From the human T2T-CHM13v2.0 reference genome, Homo sapiens, in NCBI RefSeq assembly GCF_009914755.1, contig NC_060939.1: a stretch of DNA of 64,000 nt, one strand, 5' to 3'. The notes under the pieces were generated by a model. The model was given only the letters and a program-made list of their open reading frames with translations. It made no database searches and was not told the origin of the DNA. This document shows, in pieces, positions 55,594 to 64,000 of the stretch; position 1 is the first letter of the stretch, and each line of letters begins with the position of its first letter. Position numbers and translations under genes: made by a program.

Positions 55594-57180
55594 TAGAGAT
55601 AGGCACGGTGTTTTCTAATTTTCCCTCTTTTTTCTCTGCCCTTGCCCATCCCCAGATTTTCTTCTTACTTGAAAGGATTTCCTAGACATAAGCCTATTGG
55701 TTGATGGCAATGGTTCAGCTGAGCTTCTACAATGCTCTAGCTCATAGAACATTGAAACCATAGAACATTGATCTGGGGAGGGGAAGCAAAAGATTTTAGG
55801 CACTGCTTGCTTCACATAATTCAATCCATTCCCATCTCCAACTGGTGCTGATGGGTGGGTAAAGGCAAGCTGAAATGTCCTGTCCCTCCAAGAAAGAATT
55901 AAATATATTTCCTAAGGATGAGAATATATGGATTATTTTGTCTTTAAGTATAGAAAAAGGTAAACAAAGATGAGTATAAGGCAGTTTCATGGCCCTGAGC
56001 AGTGCCATGGGGCAAAGTGCTTGCTCTCTTTGGACCCTTCCATTTTGGAAGGAGCTATTTGTCCTCAGCTGAAGTTTGAGAATGACTGGCAGGGAGAGTC
56101 CCAGAGCTTCAAGTAGTCACTGAGTTCTTGCCGCAAACCAGGCGCAGTTGTAGCTGGGGTTGGCTATGGAACCACATATCTGAGACATGCGCCTGCTACC
56201 TTGTCTCTTTTAAGAACCCACATGCTCCCTAAGTCAGGTTCAAACTACTCATCTCTGTGGCATTGCTTCTAGCAGTGACACGCTCTCCATCTTGGCCCAC
56301 TAATTAAACATGTTAGGCCAAGGGCAGTGATTTGTGAACACTTTGTTCCAAATAAACCGTCAGTGTGGCCACAGCCCTTTCAACACACACTGTATTTTTT
56401 CAGGTCTCTGGACCCTTCCACATTCCCTGCCCTTCTCTCTGTTCTTTCTTTCCTACTTTTGGGGCTGTGGAGTTGTCACAAAGGGAGTGCCTCTTTGCAT
56501 GCAAGGGATGAGAAGGTCTGCTAGGTTTGTCTTTGCCATCTGCCTCTGCACCATTCTAGCATAACCCCTACCAAGGCCAAAGCAATTAGATGTTCAAACT
56601 CTTCCTTTTTAAGCTTTATTACAGAAGTGTTCAAAGCTCTTACATCTTCCCTAGAAAACTGTTAAAACTCTTGTCACATTTCTGGAACTCCTTTCCCGTG
56701 GGGACCAGCCTGCCACTGAAATCTCATTCTTTCAAGGCCTGACAGTGCCATATTGGGGTCTGGATGGAATCCAGAATCACAGAGACACTTAAAAATTGGG
56801 AAAACTTTCTGGAAATAAAGTTAGCTAAGGGATTTTTGTTCTTTTTAATCTCACTAAATGACATCTCTTGTCACTCAGAAGGAGAACCTGGGAGCTTCTT
56901 TGTGCTTACACATCTTCATTAAAAATGGAAACTTGAGAGCCCAGTGAAATTCATTTCTTTTGCCCTCACTTCTCACCTGCAGTCCCAACTATTCATTTGT
57001 TCAGATATGTATTAAGCACCTGCTGTATGTCAGGCTCTGTCTTGGGTGCTGGAAGCATGGAGAGGAAAGAGACACTATATCCCTTGGCTGTCCCATCAAA
57101 GAGCAGAACACAGTGGGAGGAGTGGCCCCTGGAGCTGTGCAATTGGAAGAACCACGAGACCTTAAGGACCTCACTGACTA

Positions 57181-57690
57181 GACCTGCACTGCCCAGTATG
57201 TAGCCCAGCCCTGGCCACCTGCAGCTATGAGCACTTGAAATGTGACTGATGCAACTGAGGAAATTCATTGGTCATTTTCTTCAATTTCACTTAATTTTAG
57301 CTTAAAAGTGAATACTCAATTCCATTACTGGAAAACTTTTACATATGCTTGGAAGAATAAGAATGTGAGTCTTTTTTATAAAGCCTAAATATCATGAAAT
57401 CTAAGTACAGGTCAAGCATTTCCAAGGCAAATTTAGCATCTTAATCAAGATGTGCTATAAGCATAAAATACACACTGGATTTATAAGACCTAATGTAAAA
57501 AGGAAAATGAAAAATGTCCCATTAATAATTTACATATGTATTACATGTTGAAATAATAATACTTTGGATACTTTGGGTCCAATAAATATTTACTAAAATT
57601 AATCACTTGGGACTTTACCTTTATAAAAATGTGGCTACTAGAAAATTTAATATTACATATGTGGAACATGTTATATTATTAGTGCCCTAG
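57181..57690. mobile_element. MER33/Charlie5-like hAT element
   Basis: gagcacttgaaatgtgact...gcaactgagg...aatgtggctactagaaaatttaa. Confidence 0.7.
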
Positions 57691-59004
57691 CAGAAGAAAT
57701 AGATAAGGAAAATGGAAGTTAATTGTATCAGGATGAGTGTGAGATAGAGAAGTAAGGGACAAATAGGTGGAGCATCTTATATGGGGGATGTATAGAAGCT
57801 CACAGGCCTAACAAAGTAGAGAAGAGAGAAAAGAAATGTTCCAGTCATACATGTGCAAAGACACAGAAGCAGACATGAGCCTCCCACATCTGGAACGTAA
57901 ATGAATTGCAATTTAAAAGAAAGTAAGACTGGTGATAAAAGCAGGGTCAGAAATGGAAGGACCTTGTACACCAAATAAGGGTCCTGAGGTTAATCCTAGA
58001 GACAGCGAGGCACCGTCGAGATGCTTTGAGGAAAGGCATGGCATGGTCAGAGCTGCATGTAAAACGCCCTCCCTGGTGGTCGCGTGAAGAATGGGTTAGA
58101 GCAGGTGAACTGGAGACTTTCTCTATGTGCACAGGCAGCAAGACAGAAATCCGGGGATCCAGTGCTACCCCCTGAAGGAAGGGATGTTCCATGAAGGAGG
58201 AGAGGAAGGAAGGCAGCAATCCAGATTGCTGTTCATGCTATAGGTAGGTGAAGTCAGCCATAAATAGGAATCTTGAGTAAAAGAAGAAATATTAATGTTC
58301 ATGTAACTTCCTTTTCTGAAAAAGATCTAGTTCCTCTTAGTATAAACCAAACCTGTGAAAACAATCATGTATATTTAGGAAGTCAACACTTAGACAACCA
58401 GAGAACCCTGAAAATATGAGTTTCTGACAAACCAAATCAATTAATGTATACCCTATGATATGGAAAAAATGCAATTATGAGAAGAGGAAAAAAAAACTGG
58501 CCATATTGTGAAAACCAATTTTCCAGGATTGTGTCCAGCCTCGACATCCTTCTGATCCTGTGTATTTGACTGGTCTGTGTGGTCAGGCCTCGCTTTCATG
58601 TTTTTTAACTTGGGACCCTTTGGGCAAATGGCTTTGAATACAAATATTCCAGATCTTCCTTGGGACTGTCTCATTATGCTCTGACTTCATTATTGGCTCT
58701 AACCTCATTTCATTACTAATTTACATTTACTTTCCTACTAGGAGGTCAGAGTTTTTTTTTTAAATAAGGAAATGTAAATTGGTATATTTCTGTTTTTCCG
58801 TTAAGCACCTACCACTTAGGAATTGTGTGTCATTCTATGCCTCCTAAGGATGGTTGAATGCATCAGAATTCGAAATGTTTAAAATGCCTCAGGCTTCTTA
58901 GAAGAATACTGTTCTGGGAGTAAAAAATAGAAATATACGTTAATAAGTATCACAGAAAATGCTCCGAGTTTAATCATCACAAATGGTATTCATTACATGG
59001 CAGC

Positions 59005-59200
59005 AGCATGGACTGGTCTGGGAACAGGAGTCAGGAGGCTGGGTCTCCCAGTCCCACTGTGCATTTGGCCTCTGTGCCAAATGGGCCATTCATTGATCGC
59101 CCTGAGCTTGCACTCCGTCGTGTGTGAAATTAAAATAACAATATCTGCCCTCTATACTCCCACAGGGCTGTTGTGATGAGCGGATAAAATTCCTCCGTAA
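59005..59200 (+). mobile_element. MIR SINE
   Basis: ggagtcaggaggctgggt...cacagggctgttgtga. Confidence 0.55.
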
Positions 59201-60339
59201 AACCAATGGAGAAGTAGACACTTTCAGCTGTGCATCACTAGACATGGCCAATTTTTGACGGTCATGATGGTGATTATGGTGGTGTATGTCATTGTTGTTT
59301 AATCTCTCCAAAGCCAGCACAGACCTCAGCATATGGTCTATTATAGGTGCTCAATAAATATTGTTGAATGGAGCCATCATTTCCCAGGGGGTTCTTTTCA
59401 TGATTTTTTTTTTTTTTTTAAGAAATCCTTCTTTCCACCATAAGCTTCTTCTTTCATGAATTCTTAAAGCCATCTTCCTTTGTCTCCATAACACCTTAGC
59501 CTCTGACTTTTCAGGGCTGGCTTTCTATGCTAATTTTTCTCCCTGCCCCTCTTTGAAAGCTCCCTTGTGGATCTAAGGTTGCCTCCAACTTGATCTCATC
59601 TATGTCTTTCTCTGTTTGCCTAGACTTTGCTTCTCATTCCTCCCAGTTTGAGTTCTAGGAAATCCGTGGCCTCCTTCTTTTTTCACACGCCCACAAATGA
59701 CTTTGAAAATTTTAGTCCTCACTTAAACACTTCTTGCTGCTTTCTCCTGCTTCTTTTTTTCTCCTGTAAATCTTTGCCTCGTTGTCAGTGAAATTCTCTT
59801 TTCTTTTTTTATGCAATTCAACCTCCGCATCACTATAATCTTTCTCATCATATGGTTTCTCTGTTGGTTAAACCCACTATTTTGACACAGTTTATAGACC
59901 CTTTCCTTCCTCACCTTCAGTGGCTCAGCTTTGATTTAATGCTGGGTTTCACATGGATTGTTTTCTTGGGGGCTAGAACCATTATTGATGCCATGATATT
60001 TTATGGTCACAGAGTATTTAGTCTCTAAGAACCTCTACAAGCATAATGAATTTTGGAAAGGGCAAGAGAGATAAGACAGGCCACTATTTTAAATACACAA
60101 TTGGTGTTTCTACAGGAAACTTGAATGGCATCACAGTCTATTCTCTGAAGTGTTAGTTAGCCCTTTGTCTCACTAGACAGATTGCATTTTAGGACACAGG
60201 AGTTTGTATTCTTTCATCTCTTTATTCTACTTATTCACTACTTTGCTCAGCATTATTCCATTGTTCTAGGCCAGTGATGTGAGTGAGCACAGTAAACCAA
60301 GGACAAAAAGTGATCATCATAGGAACAGTTAGTTACAAT

Positions 60340-60535
60340 AGTAACTATATTTCTTCAGCCTTCACCAGATAAGCCAGGCACTCTTCTAAACACTTTATGT
60401 GTATTAACTTATGTCGTCCTCACAGTGACCCAGTGACACGGGCACAATTATTATCCCAATATTGTATCCTAATATGAGAAGTTGAGACACTGAATTTAAA
60501 TAACTTGTCCAAGTTACACTGCTAGTGAAACTGCT
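60340..60535 (-). mobile_element. MIR SINE
   Basis: gccaggcactcttctaaacactttatgtgtattaact...taacttgtccaagttacac. Confidence 0.7.
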
Positions 60536-60932
60536 AGTCCATTGATGAATTTCTACTCATCCTTCAAATTGCAGCTCATTCAATACCTCTTAGGAAGATC
60601 TTTAATTACCCCCAAACAGCTTGAGATACACCTTTCTCTATATTTCTATACATGTGCTACTTTGTGCTTCTTTATTATTAGCAGTTACCATATTGCATTA
60701 TCATTCTTGCTTTATTGCATTGCTCTCTGTAGACTGTGATTATCTCCAGGGCAGCGACTCTTATTGTATAGAAGTTATATTATAGACCTTTATATCCAGA
60801 GTAAGTGGATTACCGTGTAGCAGATGCCCAGTAAATGTACAGATGATGAATGAAAACATGAATGAACAAATAAATAGGACCAACCCATGATCTGCCTTTC
60901 AACTATTTTAAATCACCTATTCTAATCATAGA

Positions 60933-61496
60933 TGTATCAGGGTTTGATTTTTAAAAACAGAATCAAAATGAGTAATACAGAATGAGAGAATGAGAGATTT
61001 ACTATTATGAGAATTAGACCTTAAAAAACTGTGAAAACTTATTAAGCAGTCTATGTAAAGCTATTTCTTCTATATTTGAGGTTAGAGCTGAAGTCAACAG
61101 TGGAATAAATCAGAAAGAAAAGATGGACACGAAACAGAGGAAGCAAGGACAAACTGGAACCCATGAGAATGAATCTGGACATACTTTTGTTTCCAACCTC
61201 AATGATGCAGGTCATACTGGTGCCTTTTACCAGGGAGTTGTATGTATACCTTGGCCAAGATTCAGAGAAGTTGACGAAGGAAATCCTGCACAAGCTGAAG
61301 GAGAGGTAGGCTTGGCAGCGGCACTATGCCAAGATCATGAGTGACGACAGTGCCTAATGATATGACTCTTAACTTCCAAAACTGGGACATATTTCTGTCT
61401 TGGCCAACCCTAACCAGGGCTCACTGAACAGGGAAGGGAATTCCAGAAAATGTAGTTCTAGCTTAGCCAGGTCGACACTGCACAAAGCCACCACAA
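60933..61496 (-). mobile_element. Old ERVL-type LTR (subfamily uncertain)
   Basis: tgtatcaggg start and gaaaatgtagttctagcttagccaggtcgacac...ccaccaca end. Confidence 0.5.
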
Positions 61497-61635
61497 GAAA
61501 TATACTATCAGTAGCCCACCTGAAGTGAGACCTGAGACTCATTTTGAAATTTAAGTTTTCATCTGTTAGTGCCCATCCAAATGAGGAAGAAGAAAATGGA
61601 AAAAAGGATCCATAGAATGAAGTCACCAAGATGGG

Positions 61636-62015
61636 TGTAGTAGATTGTATTATTGTCTCCAATTTCTCATCCCTCTCTGCTTTCACAGCTTTAATGGCCT
61701 CATTGTGGGCAGGTTGTATTTTCGTGAGCCTTGACTTTGGGCTTGGCCATGACATTTACATCAGCCAATAACACAGTGAATGGTTTCGAGCCTAGTCCTT
61801 AAGAGGATGCACATGTTTCACCCACCTTCTGGCTCTTTTGCCATCTCTGGGAGAACATGCCCAGGATAGCCTGCTGGTCCTAGGAGAAGTATCAGAAGCA
61901 CGTGGAGCAGAGCCACACCAGCCCTGTTGCAGATCCATGAGCAATGACAATTCATGGTTGTTTTAAGCTCTGTGCTTTGGAGTTGTTTGTTACACAACAA
62001 TAATTAATATAACTC
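61636..62015 (+). mobile_element. MLT1H-like MaLR LTR
   Basis: ccttgactttgggcttggccatgac...gagaacatgccc...cacgtggagcagagcc...ttgtttgttacaca. Confidence 0.7.
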
Positions 62016-62239
62016 AAAGCAGACAGAGGAAGGGACTAGTTGGAGGCCTCGCTCTGAACAGCCAAAGCTTAGCATTTGCAGAAGTATCAGTAACAACAGT
62101 TCTGTGTCTAAGCCTTTGCAATTGGTTTTTGTGCGATGAGCCATGTGGAGTAGGAAGTGCAGTTCTTGGGGGAATGAAAGTATCTCTGTCGTGGGCCATC
62201 TCTAGACACTGGTGACTGCACAGCTGCTGCATAAGCAGC

Positions 62240-62660
62240 TTCTTCTGATGGCTCCCCATCACCTCCAGGATAAATGTCAAATGCCTCAAAGAACGTGTAA
62301 GATTCTTTTATGACCTGGCCTCCTCTTATCTTCAGAGACCTCTCTGTAGCCCCCCCTATTGTTAATCCTCTTTCACACCATAGAGTTCTCCTTGCCTGGA
62401 ATGTTCTCGCTGTTCTACCTAGCAAGCTACTGCTTGTTCTTCAGAAGCTACCACAGATGTGCCATTTTATCTGCAGATTGCCCACTCTTTAACTACTTCA
62501 AGCCCCCTAACCCACCCTTGGGCAGAGTTATGGCTCCTCCAAGTACTGTCTTGGCTGTGTTGCTGCCTCCTCTATTAAATTATGACCTCTTGTAGGCAGG
62601 AACTATACCTCCTTCACTGCTACATCCTGTAGCATTTAACCAAGGAGCCTGGCCCTCCCC
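62240..62660 (+). mobile_element. L2 LINE fragments
   Basis: tgatggctccccatcacctccaggataaa...tgcctggaatgttct...aggcaggaacta. Confidence 0.6.
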
Positions 62661-63376
62661 TGGAAAGGTAAGCAGTAGATCATAGCTATTGAGATTCAGC
62701 TGCTAAGATACTTTTCTAGAGGACAAAAGATTTTCTCTACTGAGGCAGATACTGTTATCAGAAAAGGTGACCTACTAGGGTTTTGTTGATAGTCACTGGA
62801 TGCCAAGGCAGAGATATGGAGTTCTCACTTCTTTTTAGAAAGGAGGTCAGCTGAGAATAAGAGAAGATTCTGAAACTTAAAATATACCTAAAAATCTCAA
62901 ACATATAAGATGACTAAATTCCTATCTAATGAAAAAATAGCTTAACAGCACCCTATGTTAAATGGGCCACTTAAATAGATGCTGACAAGAAATGTGCTTA
63001 TCAAGGCTTTCACTTGGTTTCAGATCCTTCTCTTTCAAATATCTATTTTATTCTTTTTCCAGAATTCTGACTCATTTCCCAAACACTGCTCCTTAAGCTT
63101 TCAACCCTTAAAAAAGCTGAAGCAATGTTTTTTTCCTTCCTAAATTGACATTAGAGTAGTCAAAGCAACGTTTTGGCAAGAAAGCATTGGGGCCATCTCT
63201 TCTTTCAGTTTCGGATTTGGCAGAAGGAAGTGCTGTCTCTCCTTGAGCTTCAGGCTCTTGCCCTTATCTAGGCTTAATCATCTCCCACTTCAAGGGGCAG
63301 CCTTACACCATATCCAGAAGTGTCAATTCTCTGAGCTCTCTGAAAGTCACACATCCACTTGGTGTTTGAATAGGCA

Positions 63377-63395
63377 CTACCAATAGAGGGCGCCA
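63377..63395 (+). promoter_or_regulatory. Candidate CTCF binding site
   Basis: ctaCCAATAGAGGGCGCCa versus the consensus CCASYAGRKGGCRC, with one mismatch. Confidence 0.6.
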
Positions 63396-63800
63396 GACGG
63401 AGACTGTGCGGCTGCAAGAGAGATGAGTAACTTGCTCCTTTGTTTCCTTCCAGCTTGTGACAGTCTCCTTCACCTTGCTATCTTCCCCTCCGCAGCAGCG
63501 GTTTCTTCCTGTGGCAACAGCTGAAACTAGTTTTTTCACTATTTGCAAAAAGCAGCTGATTGCTCTCTTCCAGCCCCATAGAGCCCAGCTGCAACCAAGC
63601 AACAAGGCCCCTGAAGGATCTGCGTTTCAATTCACAGGATTCCTCCTCGGAGTTTCTACGTTTAAAAAAACTTAAGATCTTCCCTTTGTTCCTCCAACCC
63701 TGGAGGAGGTTGCCACTTCTGCTGTTCTGACACCTTGAAACCTTTGTCTTTTTTTTTTACCCTCACTTAACTAGATAACTATTTCATACCCAGATAATAA

Positions 63801-64000
63801 TTCTTTTATTTTTATTCTTTAAGTTCTGGGGTACATGTGCAGAACGTGCAGGTTTGCTACATAGGTATACACATGCCATGGTGTTTTGCTGCACCCATCA
63901 ACCCGTCACCTACATTAGGTATTTCTCCTAATGCTATTCCTCCCCTAGCTCCCCACCCCTTGACAGGCCCCGGTGTATGATATTCCCCTCCCTGTGTCCG
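63801..64000 (-). mobile_element. L1PA (about L1PA6-8) 3' end, continuing beyond the right edge
   Basis: T-rich tail, then taagttctggggtacatgtgcagaacgtgcaggtttg...acattaggtatttctcctaatgct. Confidence 0.92.

Overview
Primate (human-like) genomic DNA with no recognisable protein-coding exon. It is intergenic or deep intronic and rich in repeats. The only gene-derived sequence I can identify is a processed cofilin-1 (CFL1) pseudogene at about 33414-34174 (+). It has a mutated start codon, frameshifts, target-site duplications and a large internal deletion. The rest is a mosaic of Alu, L1, L2, L3/CR1 and MIR elements, MaLR/ERVL/ERV1 solo LTRs (including LTR12F, MST and THE1), DNA transposons (Tigger2a, MER1B, MER3, MER5, MER63, MER96B, MADE1) and simple repeats. 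Almost all ORFs in the supplied track are chance or repeat-derived. I found no evidence of a novel multi-gene system. The best leads are small: a pair of inverted RFX X-boxes (50944-51060), a strong CTCF motif (about 63377-63395), two short dispersed duplications (87 bp and about 55 bp), a probable twin-primed L1MA, a ~210-bp TTTTA-type expansion inside an Alu linker, and the CCAAT array of LTR12F. Repeat subfamily names come from my recall of consensus sequences, and boundaries of old repeats are approximate.
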